A stretch of 53,977 nucleotides of DNA from an uncultured virus (IMG/VR IMGVR_UViG_3300017783_000004) (taxonomy: Duplodnaviria; Heunggongvirae; Uroviricota; Caudoviricetes). Under the pieces are notes generated by a model. The model was given only the letters and a program-made list of their open reading frames with translations, had not been told where the DNA came from and searched no databases. The stretch is from the IMG/VR virus record IMGVR_UViG_3300017783_000004; one strand, given 5' to 3'. Numbering within the stretch: the first letter of the stretch is position 1; each line of letters opens with the position of its first letter. Positions 20,401 through 29,723 of the stretch are shown here, piece by piece. Position numbers and translations under genes: made by a program.

Positions 20401-21409
20401 TATTGAATCCGTCTAGTAAATGTTCTCTAAATGAATGTGTGAATTGTCGTATTACAAAATCACCATTCGCATCAAATGTTCTTTGTGCAAGTGTGTTTTC
20501 TATATGATTGTATACTGGTCTTTTTACTTCTAATTCTATAACACCATTACTAACTCTTCCCAACTCTACAAAGTTTGTATCTGTTGTAGCAGTTAGTGCG
20601 AACTTAGCAAGTGTTAATGTGAACTTAAGTCTATCTGCACCAGCAGCGTTTTCATTTGTTGTTCCTTGTGAATTGTCTAGTAGAGTTGTATCAGTGCCAG
20701 AACCAACAAGTTCTTCTACAATGTCTAGACCAATTCTATAAGAAGGTTTACCATTATACTTTTCTAATACAATTGTTTGTGCATCTACTTTGACGAAGTA
20801 TCCTCTTAAGAATACAACACCCTCATTTATACTTGCAATAGATGAACGGCCGACTGGTGAAAGACCAAGTGCAGCTACTTTGAATTCATTGTTATTTGAT
20901 GCAGTGGTTATTGCACCAGCGGCACTAACATTAACTTCACTTATCTCTTCAGAAGGACTAAATCTTTCTGAAGGATTTGTTGTTGCAGTTTCGTCTGTAC
21001 CATGTTGTAAATATCTTACAATAATAGTTGCTAAATCTGTTCCTGTAGATGCAACTGTTTTTACTATCTCTGCAACGACTCCAGTTGTCTCTCCTTGAAT
21101 TAGTTTACCTGTGAAACCACTTAGATATGTAGCGACATCAGCTGTTCCAGTAGAGTTAGGATTAGTTGCCTCGACTTTAACATATTCGACATCCATATCG
21201 ATGTCTGTCTCTGCACCATTGACAATCGAACCCTCTTTGAACATGTGACTACCAAATTTTTGTATTTGGTTTTGTAAGATTGATTGTGACTGAGTTAGTT
21301 CTCTTGCCTGTAGGGGTCTACCTGCTCTGAAGAGTACTTTGTGATAATTGTTATCCTCATTGTAGTCATCGTAGTATGGTGATATATTTAAGTCTGTTTT
21401 TTCTGACAT
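14423..21409 (-). CDS. Large virion structural protein, DUF4815/VrlC-like (2328 aa)
   Basis: TDLNISPYYDD..VLFRAGRPLQARELTQ N-terminus, DRFKSGFLVDNF and DPLAESF motifs; position after gp8. Confidence 0.85.
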   Translation of the reverse strand: MSEKTDLNISPYYDDYNEDNNYHKVLFRAGRPLQARELTQSQSILQNQIQKFGSHMFKEGSIVNGAETDIDMDVEYVKVEATNPNSTGTADVATYLSGFTGKLIQGETTGVVAEIVKTVASTGTDLATIIVRYLQHGTDETATTNPSERFSPSEEISEVNVSAAGAITTASNNNEFKVAALGLSPVGRSSIASINEGVVFLRGYFVKVDAQTIVLEKYNGKPSYRIGLDIVEELVGSGTDTTLLDNSQGTTNENAAGADRLKFTLTLAKFALTATTDTNFVELGRVSNGVIELEVKRPVYNHIENTLAQRTFDANGDFVIRQFTHSFREHLLDGFNRGFYEAYQGGDESQFVMQVSPGKAYVKGYSIDKTGTTNLTLNKARTTEALTNANTPARLGNKLRIKDSHGQPEFGDSTNTESYKAIQLFDKATATPGTLNAYAGTGSTTTVGHIGFARVRNIDEHSTAFENLYLFDIKMFTMLSTTVATNNFKVGDKVTGSASGAVGIVAYADTTNNHIMVHDVVGTFKTTDTLSLKGQGTCGTIIVNAGSFVSTTPYIITELGNTTQAQWNTAAGTSGQTYAVGSTFTAAAAGTGTGKVKVDFSITAVRSFQVEDARSVGQTKSSETTGTQNFTANIALDNDKVISGLTTITSTALTGVGTDFLTELRKGDIVLDGNGAEQLIASVTDNSNATLVAAGTNIKQVGLLRRRAKLYNQDQSSTVFAFPRDHVSKSTPTEITVKYQKEFEVGTSGEITLTKEANESFEPKNNDNYQFAIVKEATGSPTRANGVVLGGDDVSSVNTSSGEVVLGAAADDGAIVRATYTVSVTNPTSKSKNLREFRALRFTKNDAHADNPFYGTAYDHKELSLGVSDVYKIRGIFEAVPGTDTSGVATPPNAVITLTSGTSTTGNIIKGATTGVRAKLMKFTDTQTCYFYYLGTEKFTAGETVVDETTGGIATITSLGVQSPEITNRYSLDNGQRDGYYDHAKLILKQGQTTPNNQITVLFDMFVGGSGDFYDVNSYTNSISYKDIPNFSPNKVDLGGFEPDGQFELADAVDFRPSVGQLFGNADLVSQSYVFNIASILDVSDYSSGDGTGHLISPFAYEARSFESSRDNLLGVSTADITTAHSSYSRCPLPTSMIKSNIEFYVPRIDKVFLHRSGKFEVAQGNPTLTPQRPNSIDDSLEMFELFIPAFTRNVKQIQVKTKDYRRFTMGDIGKINQRVTNLERITALSLLEKDTQTKQILDAQGFDRFKSGFLVDNFRGHKIGDVSHPDYHVGIDTKLGQLRPESVSNFFDIELNASGSTGYQQTGDLITLPYSQVSYVNQDKASRHVNVNPYHVFAFIGNVKLTPGSDIWNDTEQLPEVRINREGNFDAVLAENQNSLGTIWNNWQTTWVGEPTVVSSSVDAAVPGNWSGDPAQGGEWVQGTIITTEITETPEIQSRQGVNTSVVEDFVETRNDRVVSVSVIPFIRSREITAVGTNLKPNTKHFVYFDGIRVDGYVTPSSADFSQDGTTNKGVGIKTNGNGKVECKFLIPNDNFQRFPTGQRELKITSQSSNQSNPDSMGAEIYQAQGLLNSSQTEIVSTRNGRVVTERLSGERTITRRGERLNVTGDGSLPPPPPPIAPPPPIPPTPPPMPPTPVYVPVPNPVPVPVPVPVPVPVPVPVPTPPVPVPVPPPVPLPPRFPPADLMVLPREDRRIFDFDIPAEPRGWQDPLAESFMVESDGGMFLTSIDVFFKSKATSLPVSVEIRNMINGYPGQTTIPFSIVTKNPDEVNTSDDGSSATTFTFESPVYLEDKHEYCFVVYTNSTDYECFISRMGETDLITGQTISGQPYAGSLFMSQNASTWTAEQTDDLKFNMRVAKFNTTTAANIVFNNAHLPPKKLQNNSIETFSNQSFFRVYSYSHGMYDNQSNVVIYGVEGDKKNGVLTVAGSTTGTPTAGTYNNSGANWDSTGYTYSGTGTGLKIDTITVNSGNQISSVTIKDPGVGYTANESITINNYDGSNNATITLSSVGDTLGGFPVDSINKVFSSINNYGIDSFACTPDLSSYHLSYTNAVESTIAGGDQAYATTNMYYDVLHTMIPSLTYKDTTLLSSVRRTGTNSPEDNNLDSTFTLRSKNEFITLNDNNYFERPSIIASSINESEEQTGGTNNKSFECRLQFTSANQNLSPVIDIGTIGCLGIMNRINNIDSANDLPGGSTGSMIHVPSTDPDGDNNAMVYITRKVNLKNPATTLKVIADNYRPPESDLKFMFKILKNDETTPIDDLGFEYFNGDGEPDVVTEKDARNFKEYEYTAEGLPEFTGFVVKIVGQSSNTSIVPLVTALRCIALA
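16357..16568 (-). repeat. Poly-Pro / (VP)n low-complexity coding insert
   Basis: LPPPPPPIAPPPPIPPTPPPMPPTPVYVPVPNPVPVPVPVP... with locally high GC. Confidence 0.9.
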
Positions 21410-21438
21410 AGTTTAATCTTCTTTAAATTTAAGAATGT

Positions 21439-21460
21439 AAAAGGGGGAGTTAAACTCCCT
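21439..21460 (-). terminator. Putative Rho-independent terminator after gp8
   Basis: GGGAGT/ACTCCC stem followed by CCTTTT on the minus strand. Confidence 0.65.
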
Positions 21461-21463
21461 ATA

Positions 21464-22966
21464 TTACATTTCAATAATTAGTTTAATATCTTCAATTTGG
21501 TCAGCGGCTCTTGAAACTGCGCCTCTATTTTCAACATAGAGAATTTGACCTGTAAATCTTTGCATTTCTGGATGAGCAGAAGAGACACCAGATGCGGTAA
21601 CATCAGCAACTTTTGTGCCAGCTTTATAGACTTCATCATCATTTGCAAATGCGATATATTCGCCACCTGAATTAGCAACAGGTAAGGTTTTTAGAGTATT
21701 ACTTGTCTTAGATACAACTCTTACTTTAGCAGTGGTTGCTGATTCAGATGAAGCATCTGTAAGTAAGTCATCAACATTAATTGAAGAAGCATTATCAACT
21801 GTCAACATATTTGTTGCAGTCATTGTTGCATCTCCAGAAACAGCACCAGATGATGCTTTTACTGGATTCTTAATAAGACCAATTCTTCTGAAGTCATTGT
21901 CTGTTGGGAAATCACTAAACCCACCATCAAGACCTTCACCAAACTCTAATCTAGAGTTTACGATTGCATAGTTACCACCCATTTCTTCGATAGGGTTAGC
22001 ACCATGACCATTAATTGGCGACATTATAATATGAACTGTAGCACCTGAACCACCTGCAATACCTGAAACATTGGAGTCTAATGTAGGTAATGATGCTCTT
22101 TTATAACCTGTTCCCCAATAACTAGTACCAGAACGATGATATGCTTGTTTTAAATTACCTGAAACGAAACTTAAAGTGACTTCTGCACCAGAACCATCTC
22201 CCTGTACAGGAACATTAACTGTAAATGTATTTGATGAACCACTTGTGTAACCAGAACCGGCAGCGGTTACGACATAATGATAAACTGCGCCGTCTACGGC
22301 AGCGTTTTCAACATCCCATTGAGCAGAACCATCATCATCAGCAGTTGAACCAAACCCACCATTTGTACCAGAACCTACTACAGCAGATTTAGCACCAAGT
22401 GATTTTACTGGTATAAAGTCGTTAGTGACAAACTTAATAACATCTGAAGCGGTAACTGAGTACATAAATTTCCACATATATCCTAAAGATGCATTTGCAT
22501 CTGCGGTCACTTCAGGAACTGTTGTTGAAATAGTTATTGGTTTAACTGTAGAATTTATAGTTGCACCATTTGAATCAACACCTGTTCTTAAACATTTGTA
22601 TACTTTAAATTCGTCTGTAATTACATAACCTCTTCCATCGAAGAAGTTAGATACATTTGTGACATTGGTTGTATTGGAAGCAGAATAGTTATCTCTGTAT
22701 TCATCATACTTAGTACCATCTGTCCAATTATATCTTACCAATCCATGTGAGATATCAGTTGAAGCGACTGCCTTTAGGGCAATCATGTCTTCATATACAC
22801 CGATTTCTTCTGATTCTGAGTTTGCAGGAGGAGGTGGTTGTGTGTCATCTGCCCATGCATGTGAACGACCAATAAAGACATAGTTCTTTTGACCACTCTC
22901 TGAGAAGTCTTCAATGAACTGCCTTGCATTGTGCGTTCTAAATTTTTCTGTGATTATTGCTGCCAT
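21464..22966 (-). CDS. gp8: Baseplate wedge subunit gp8
   Basis: MAAIIT.KFR, VYKCL, GYMWKFMY and ENR....RA.DQIEDIKLIIE motifs; synteny. Confidence 0.85.
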   Translation of the reverse strand: MAAIITEKFRTHNARQFIEDFSESGQKNYVFIGRSHAWADDTQPPPPANSESEEIGVYEDMIALKAVASTDISHGLVRYNWTDGTKYDEYRDNYSASNTTNVTNVSNFFDGRGYVITDEFKVYKCLRTGVDSNGATINSTVKPITISTTVPEVTADANASLGYMWKFMYSVTASDVIKFVTNDFIPVKSLGAKSAVVGSGTNGGFGSTADDDGSAQWDVENAAVDGAVYHYVVTAAGSGYTSGSSNTFTVNVPVQGDGSGAEVTLSFVSGNLKQAYHRSGTSYWGTGYKRASLPTLDSNVSGIAGGSGATVHIIMSPINGHGANPIEEMGGNYAIVNSRLEFGEGLDGGFSDFPTDNDFRRIGLIKNPVKASSGAVSGDATMTATNMLTVDNASSINVDDLLTDASSESATTAKVRVVSKTSNTLKTLPVANSGGEYIAFANDDEVYKAGTKVADVTASGVSSAHPEMQRFTGQILYVENRGAVSRAADQIEDIKLIIEM

Positions 22967-23007
22967 TTTCTTTATAACTCCAAGTTATTTTTTATAATTC
23001 GTTCTAT

Positions 23008-23015
23008 TATTTATA
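23008..23015 (-). promoter_or_regulatory. T4 late promoter TATAAATA
   Basis: Exact consensus upstream of gp8, followed by an SD (GGAG). Confidence 0.7.
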
Positions 23016-26000
23016 ACAATGCCAAGGCACTATTTGTAATATTTGATGAATTAACATAGGAACTAAATGCAATATTAGTTCTTCTTCTCTGTTTTTTATC
23101 TATCTCTTCGACATATAAAAGACCTGTCAGGTCACTCATCTGTTTAATTGTTAGTCCGTCTTTTTCAGAATCTTCTGAAAGTAGACCACTTATGCCATCT
23201 TCTAATAAGATTTTGTCTTCTTCATTTGCACTAGAAGTCTCATCTAAGATATAATGAGATATCTTATAACAATTTTGGAATGCAATCTTATTTAGGGTTT
23301 TTAAAGTCGGACCAATTGGAATGAATGTATGTACCTCTTCGCCTGACTCTTCATCTACTATAGGAACACCATCTTCAAATACTATTCTAGAATTGTCTTC
23401 CATATACATGTAAGAATTGTCTAGTTCAATTGACCTTTCAGTCACAAAATACTCTCTAGTCTCAGGTACAGTTTCATCTTCTAGTAAGAAACTACCTGAA
23501 CCATCTTCCATTAAAATCTTTTCACCATATAAGTCTCTATCGAATGGATCGAATCTTACATAGTTTAAAGGTTCTTCGTTTAAAATCTTTGTGCCGTCTT
23601 CATGTATCAATACTTCTTCTGACGGATGCCAGAACTGAAATACTTTACCAGAGTCAGCAGGTCTTATCGCAACATTACCGTATTCACTTGTCAATGGAAC
23701 ATTTGAATTATTCACATAGTAATCGTGGTCGGCAGTGTCGAGATTTAATACAGTCACAGCGCCATCTCTTCTTGGAGATTTTTGTATGAATGTATTGAAT
23801 TCTGTTATTGTTGGTCTTCTAATTGATGATACAGTACTTGGGTCATTATCTATTTTAGTATCTAATGCACTTGTTATAAACTCTTTTCTGTTTAGAATGT
23901 TTAAATGACCTGCACCCTTGTGTTTATCTGTTGATATGTTTGTACCTGATGCCTCACGATATTGAAGTATCATGTCTTGATTTTCTACTTCAGCAGAAGT
24001 TGTATGGAACAACATGAGAGTTTCTTTACTTAGATGTGCTACATTGTCTCTGGAGTCTTCATTTTCTAACAGATGACCGTCTTCAGTTAAAACTCTAACT
24101 GATTTATCTCTAGTAGATTCTTCGAACAACATATTGTCTGTTGGGTATGCCTGAATGACAATTGTGGGAACAAACTCTGTAGAAATAATTCCCATTTTGT
24201 TCTGTTCATTAACATCAAATGGTATTTCTTTAACACCATCTAATGATGAACCTAGAAGTTGAGACTTGAGTGCAACCTCACCAAAGAATAAGTGACCTGA
24301 TGGATGAACTAAGTCTTTAACTATAGAACGATACTTATTGATTGACTCACCAACTTTAATAACATAAGAGTGAGACTGATAGAATTTACTATCTTGTATG
24401 TTTGCAACTTTAGAAGATAGATAACCTTTGTCACTTAAGAAACCATCGTTTATTAAACCTTCACCAGCAACTTTACCTCTTGCAGTATATGGGTCATTCT
24501 TAAGAATTAAGAAACTATCTGAACCCTCATAAGTTACCTTTTCATCATTGATGAACATACCCTTTAAGTTTTTATACTTGAGTATTTGTCTGATTGTATC
24601 GTAATTTTGAACTGTTGCAGTAGCACCAGAAATTACACCAGTAATTGTTATGCCTTTGTTTAGATTACCTGATGGTGTAGTTATCAACATATTATGGAAA
24701 GATGTTGCTTCGTCTAATACTGCATCTGAATCAAACTTACTACCTTGGTCTAGTAAAGTTACCTTCTCAATACCACCAATCCTAGATGACCATGCGAAGA
24801 ACTTAGCACCTGTACCATCTGATACCTTGGCACTACTACAAACTTTAGTTGTAGAAGAATTTCCCCCTACTATGTTTTCGCCATCTTGGAAAACACCAGT
24901 ATCAGTACTGAATCTTTTAATTACGAGTCTGTTCTTTTTCGGTTCTAGTCTTAAAATTGTACCTGTAGCGTTTGAAGTAGAACCTGTAATAGTTTCACCC
25001 TTTTGGAATCCTGTCGTATCTTTAAAGTATAGATAACCACCTGGGAATGCTTGAGGCAGTGTTTCATATCCTGCACCACCACTTGTTATTTCGACTCGTC
25101 TTACTCTTTGGTCTGTTGATACAATTGAACCACCATCAGTATTTTGATATGCATTGATTAACATCTCTGTACCATCTTCGTACAGTAATCTACTCTTATC
25201 GGTAAATATCTCTACTCTTTCTCCGCCACTTAAATTTGGATTTGTTGTGAATGTTATCTTTTGTGGTTCTATACTATATGTTGATTGTGATTGAACTATG
25301 CCATCGATGTGAACTTCTAATGCACCGTGAAATCTGTTAATTGAAATTGGTTTGCCATGGTCATCTAATACATTATCGAATCTATTTCCATTTTGTATTA
25401 CACCACCAAATACAGTTTGGTTTGCAACTGCGGTTATTTCATACTGTTCATCTGCATGAGCATCTTCTAAGATTATCTCATCACCGACTGCACCAATGAT
25501 ACCCTCTGCACCACCTCCGCCTGTACCTTCGTCATCGAATACTACAATATCTCCACCACTGTAAGTTTGACCAGTAGTTTCTATATAAATCTTTTCTACA
25601 GGACCTCTAGTTAGTCCTGTCACATTACCTAATGCCCTATTTGCATCTGTATCTGTTTTTGAACCAGTGAAGTTGATGAAGTCTTGAGGACTATACATAG
25701 AACCAATTGAAGTTTCTTCATGTAGTAATCCATTTCCATCTTCGTCTAATATAGAACCAGTTGAGTCTTCTAATGAGAAATAGATTGAACCGTTTGTTGG
25801 GTCTACTGTAGATACAATACCCTTAACTGTTCCGATATACTCGGTGACACCATCTCTATCTAATACTTTTGCCTCTTTGTTGAACTCAAATGTTCCTCTG
25901 TGGTCTTTCGATATAGAGAGTGAATACTCATTGTTTGCTAAATCTATTGGTGATACTTGTTCTACGACTGCCTCTGCTGTCACAATACTAGCATCGTTAA

Positions 26001-26817
26001 TGTCATATTGTCTTATTCTATCAGTTGCTGACGGTACAGCTTGTGATAGATTCATTGAAATTGCAAGTCTTCTATCTTCACCATATCCTGATTCGGATGC
26101 GAATACAGTTTCGTCTATGGGGTAAGATATCTCGGCATCTTCACCATATAATAATCTCATCAAGAACTTAACAGAATCAGCAGTACCCTTTTGTTTGTAC
26201 AGTGTTCCGATATTCTTAATAGTTAATCTTGCGTTTTGTGTCTCTTTTAAATCTAGAGATGGTACGAAATCTTTTTGGAAATACTGTAAAAATGTTTCCA
26301 ATGTTTGGTCTATATCTGAATAATCTAATAGTCTGTTGTTTGCGACTACTTGGTTTTCTTTATATGTCTTAACTACACCAGTCTGATTACCATCTCTTCC
26401 TGTGATTGTTTCTGTCTCTGAGAAACCTGTACCTGATATAGTGTCTACTATTAATGTTAGACCATTAATAACTTTAATCTTTGCAACTGAACCACTTTTG
26501 TTTCCGTAGATGTATTCACCCACTGAGAATGGTTCTATTTCTCCCTCTTGTATTAACTTAGATGTTAATATATCGGGAGCAGAGGTTTCGGTACCTTCTT
26601 CAATCAGCACTGAAGAGGCTGTCTCAGAGGTACCGTCCTCGTATCGTATTCCTGTTAATTCACCTTTCGATGTCAGGACTATGATTTCGGATTCTAGGTA
26701 CTCAAAATATGATTGTAGAAACAACTCAAATACTGGTGCCTCATCTCTGATATACTCAGGAAGAAGACTTGGTAGTCGAGTAGATAATCTATCTACAATG
26801 TGTTTTTCATGTGCCAT
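23011..26817 (-). CDS. gp7: Baseplate wedge initiator gp7-like (1268 aa)
   Basis: FLQSYFEYLE, LYKQKGT.DS.KFLMRLLYGE, IQDSKFYQ.HSYVIK and VHPSG motifs; lies between gp6 and gp8. Confidence 0.75.
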   Translation of the reverse strand: MAHEKHIVDRLSTRLPSLLPEYIRDEAPVFELFLQSYFEYLESEIIVLTSKGELTGIRYEDGTSETASSVLIEEGTETSAPDILTSKLIQEGEIEPFSVGEYIYGNKSGSVAKIKVINGLTLIVDTISGTGFSETETITGRDGNQTGVVKTYKENQVVANNRLLDYSDIDQTLETFLQYFQKDFVPSLDLKETQNARLTIKNIGTLYKQKGTADSVKFLMRLLYGEDAEISYPIDETVFASESGYGEDRRLAISMNLSQAVPSATDRIRQYDINDASIVTAEAVVEQVSPIDLANNEYSLSISKDHRGTFEFNKEAKVLDRDGVTEYIGTVKGIVSTVDPTNGSIYFSLEDSTGSILDEDGNGLLHEETSIGSMYSPQDFINFTGSKTDTDANRALGNVTGLTRGPVEKIYIETTGQTYSGGDIVVFDDEGTGGGGAEGIIGAVGDEIILEDAHADEQYEITAVANQTVFGGVIQNGNRFDNVLDDHGKPISINRFHGALEVHIDGIVQSQSTYSIEPQKITFTTNPNLSGGERVEIFTDKSRLLYEDGTEMLINAYQNTDGGSIVSTDQRVRRVEITSGGAGYETLPQAFPGGYLYFKDTTGFQKGETITGSTSNATGTILRLEPKKNRLVIKRFSTDTGVFQDGENIVGGNSSTTKVCSSAKVSDGTGAKFFAWSSRIGGIEKVTLLDQGSKFDSDAVLDEATSFHNMLITTPSGNLNKGITITGVISGATATVQNYDTIRQILKYKNLKGMFINDEKVTYEGSDSFLILKNDPYTARGKVAGEGLINDGFLSDKGYLSSKVANIQDSKFYQSHSYVIKVGESINKYRSIVKDLVHPSGHLFFGEVALKSQLLGSSLDGVKEIPFDVNEQNKMGIISTEFVPTIVIQAYPTDNMLFEESTRDKSVRVLTEDGHLLENEDSRDNVAHLSKETLMLFHTTSAEVENQDMILQYREASGTNISTDKHKGAGHLNILNRKEFITSALDTKIDNDPSTVSSIRRPTITEFNTFIQKSPRRDGAVTVLNLDTADHDYYVNNSNVPLTSEYGNVAIRPADSGKVFQFWHPSEEVLIHEDGTKILNEEPLNYVRFDPFDRDLYGEKILMEDGSGSFLLEDETVPETREYFVTERSIELDNSYMYMEDNSRIVFEDGVPIVDEESGEEVHTFIPIGPTLKTLNKIAFQNCYKISHYILDETSSANEEDKILLEDGISGLLSEDSEKDGLTIKQMSDLTGLLYVEEIDKKQRRRTNIAFSSYVNSSNITNSALALL

Positions 26818-26836
26818 TTATGAATCCTATTTGGTA

Positions 26837-27325
26837 TTATATACCAGCTACTGTTGAATTTGTTCCAACGATTGAGAGTGGATGCCAAACTAATGACCCC
26901 TCTGAACCCAATGCGATACAAATCACTGCACCACCAGTCTCTAAAAGAATCTGAGGAGTGCCTGATGTATCTTTCCAACCTTCAACGGTAATATCTGCAT
27001 TATATGAAACACCATCATCATTTCTTACGATGATTTTGATTTGTCCAACTGAAACACCTCTAGCAAGTGAAAACTGAACATCACCGCCTTCGCTGGTCAT
27101 GTCTAGTGTTGTCACTGCTTTAGTATTACTGATTGCACCTGCATCTGTTAATGCTTCAACATCATCAAATGCAATGTAAGTTGGAAGATTGTTAAACATT
27201 CTTGCCAAACTCATTTTTTTATTAACTGGAGTTCCGCCTGGGTTATCAACCACATGTAGTAAATCTACACTGTTGACATCACCTGCCGCAATCTCTGTTA
27301 ATGCTGTTATTTTCTTATCTGCCAT
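26837..27325 (-). CDS. Virion structural protein (162 aa)
   Basis: [25 protein letters not shown]-terminus typical of T4-like marine phages; strong SD AGGAGG. Confidence 0.7.
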   Translation of the reverse strand: MADKKITALTEIAAGDVNSVDLLHVVDNPGGTPVNKKMSLARMFNNLPTYIAFDDVEALTDAGAISNTKAVTTLDMTSEGGDVQFSLARGVSVGQIKIIVRNDDGVSYNADITVEGWKDTSGTPQILLETGGAVICIALGSEGSLVWHPLSIVGTNSTVAGI

Positions 27326-27399
27326 TCTATTTTCCTCCTATAATCCAATTGAATGGGAAACTACTCATGGCATAAACCATGACCACTTTTTTCATATTA

Positions 27400-29271
27400 T
27401 TAATAATTTGTACTAGATGTAGATACGAAACCTACCCCAGCACTACTCTCACCACTACTAATGGTGTCGACTTCGCCACTAACCCTAATGTCGTCAATGC
27501 TGATGTCAACTAGAGAACCCCTAATTGCAACAACATCACCACTTGAAGGTATAACAGTGAAGTCTATCGATGTGTCACTATTTACTGTTGAAGTAAATTT
27601 GATGGCATCAATCGAAATCTTTCCACTGGCATAATCTATAGTACCAGCACTTTGGTCTGCGAACACTCTTGTACCACTATCTAATGAATATCGTCTGACA
27701 TTACCAGAACCGTCATCATCAAAGAAGTAGGTATTGACTATATCGCCCTCGACCTTAAAACCTGTTGATGTTAAAATGCCCCCAGCAGCCTTGTTATGGC
27801 CGTCATGAGGATGATAAAAACCATTTCCGAAGATAACATTAAAACCTTCTGTAAGGTTTATCTTAAGATGTTTTCGTTTTTGCAATCTAACATTGGTTAC
27901 ATTGGATAGTATTGCGACATTCGTTTCATCAATCGCCTTGGCGAGATTTGAATGTCTGAATATACTATCGAAGTTGTTTAAATTTGTATTATCAAAAGAG
28001 ACTATGCCATTTCTTACTATGGTTTCTAACTCTCCTTTTGATAATGTAGTATCTGCTTCGTTATATTTGAATACAGTAGTCAATAGAATTTTAACTATCT
28101 CTGCATCTACAATTACAGGTCTAACAGTCAACATATTAAGTTGATTCAATTTATTCTGTACTTGATTTTTTTCTACAGTTGATAAGTAATCTGAATTTTG
28201 TGGTTTAAGTGTTATGAATACTTTACCATACTCAGGTGGATCGTTGTCTTCACCACCCCATACTGCAACTGCATCAGCGTTGGGATAGTATTCTTGTACC
28301 TTTGCTTTATAGTCATTCAATGTGACTAATCTATTTTGTGATGTATAGAACTTTGTTGCTTTGAACTTAATTGATTCGATAGATTCTTTCTCTGCACCGC
28401 CACCAGCAATCGTCAAAGTCGTGATAGTAGCGTTTGAGAATCCATTGATTGTATCTATAGATGAGAATATTCTTGCACCATCAGCATGAATATCATCAAC
28501 TGCAATATAAGTGGCACTTATAACATCGCCATCATTTAAACCATTACCCAATACACCATCACCAAAGTATATCTCTAAAAATCCTTCTTCGTTTTCTTGT
28601 GCATAGAATACACGAGATGAACTTGTAATTGTTGACACTTCTGTTGAGAGTGAATACTTTGATACTGAACCGTTTGAGTTTACAGATATTTCTAATCTGG
28701 ATTTATCAACTCTTCCATTTGACAATACAAACTTTGCATTTTTAATCTGGTTATCAAATACAAATGAATCTGTCACATACTGACCTTGAATGATATCTAC
28801 CAATGGATAGGTGAATACTTGATTATCTCTAATAGGTACTACTGAAGATGCATTAACAAAGTTATATGATACACCATCGAATGTTGTAGAGAAGTTGTGA
28901 CCTCTGTTTAGGGTCATGTCATTCGCTGTTGGTATAGTTCCGTTTGCGTTAGAGATATTAGTAAGTTTAACTTCAATCTGAGCAGCCGTAGCTCTTTCAG
29001 ATGCAGGTGTAAACCCTAAGTCTTTTGCACGAGATACGACATTCTTTCTTAATTGTGCTGAGTCTAGAAACATTTCTGATGCAGCCAGGTTTGTGTTTAG
29101 ACCACCAATGTGTCCTGCATATGCCAACATGTCAATAAGTACCGACATATTAGAACCTTCGAAGTCATAATCTTTAAATTTTTCTTGACCTCTAAGGTAG
29201 GTCTTGATATTATCGCCAATTTCTTCGAAATCTAGGTCTGTTGCGTTTATTTGTGAACTTTTTATTGTCAT
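27400..29271 (-). CDS. gp6: Baseplate wedge subunit gp6
   Basis: DLDF..I..N...YL..Q..F.DYDFEGS, ESIESIKF, QNRLVT..DY and WGGEDNDPP.YGKVFI motifs. Confidence 0.92.
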   Translation of the reverse strand: MTIKSSQINATDLDFEEIGDNIKTYLRGQEKFKDYDFEGSNMSVLIDMLAYAGHIGGLNTNLAASEMFLDSAQLRKNVVSRAKDLGFTPASERATAAQIEVKLTNISNANGTIPTANDMTLNRGHNFSTTFDGVSYNFVNASSVVPIRDNQVFTYPLVDIIQGQYVTDSFVFDNQIKNAKFVLSNGRVDKSRLEISVNSNGSVSKYSLSTEVSTITSSSRVFYAQENEEGFLEIYFGDGVLGNGLNDGDVISATYIAVDDIHADGARIFSSIDTINGFSNATITTLTIAGGGAEKESIESIKFKATKFYTSQNRLVTLNDYKAKVQEYYPNADAVAVWGGEDNDPPEYGKVFITLKPQNSDYLSTVEKNQVQNKLNQLNMLTVRPVIVDAEIVKILLTTVFKYNEADTTLSKGELETIVRNGIVSFDNTNLNNFDSIFRHSNLAKAIDETNVAILSNVTNVRLQKRKHLKINLTEGFNVIFGNGFYHPHDGHNKAAGGILTSTGFKVEGDIVNTYFFDDDGSGNVRRYSLDSGTRVFADQSAGTIDYASGKISIDAIKFTSTVNSDTSIDFTVIPSSGDVVAIRGSLVDISIDDIRVSGEVDTISSGESSAGVGFVSTSSTNY

Positions 29272-29699
29272 TATCGTACCCTACTTACTGTAAAATCTAC
29301 ACTTGATTGTTTTAATCCGTTTCTAATGACATAACTGACTCTTACATCTATGTTGTTTGCCTCTGAATCACTTATATCTACTCTTATATTGCCAATTCTA
29401 GGTTCTAATATTGATAATGATTCTATTATGTCTTTTGTTATTCTCTTTTTTGCACCAATACCATCTAATTCGAATAGTTGAGACCTCAAATTTGCACCAA
29501 AATTTGGTTTAAATGGTCTTTCATAGTGATTGGTTAACAAAATGTTTCTTACTGACCTCTTAACTGCATCTGAATCCTTCTTAGTTGTGATATCGCCTGA
29601 TATAGGATTCGCACTAAATAGTATATCTAAGTCTGTATACTCGTTCTTCTGAGCATTTACTTTAGAATTAGGTTTTGAGTAGTCGTTTAGATTTGCCAT
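29271..29699 (-). CDS. gp25: Baseplate wedge subunit gp25
   Basis: AVKRSVRNILLT...ERPF.PNFG and EPRI motifs. Confidence 0.92.
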   Translation of the reverse strand: MANLNDYSKPNSKVNAQKNEYTDLDILFSANPISGDITTKKDSDAVKRSVRNILLTNHYERPFKPNFGANLRSQLFELDGIGAKKRITKDIIESLSILEPRIGNIRVDISDSEANNIDVRVSYVIRNGLKQSSVDFTVSRVR

Positions 29700-29704
29700 A
29701 TATC

Positions 29705-29712
29705 TATTTATA
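29705..29712 (-). promoter_or_regulatory. T4 late promoter TATAAATA, 5 nt from the gp25 ATG
   Basis: TATAAATA-gatat-ATG. Confidence 0.75.
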
Positions 29713-29723
29713 CATCTCCGTTA

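Noticed and set aside
27340..27395. Hairpin TCATGG/CCATGA upstream of the 162-aa gene
   Set aside because: A single 6-bp stem with no U-tract. It could stabilise mRNA but is too weak to call.
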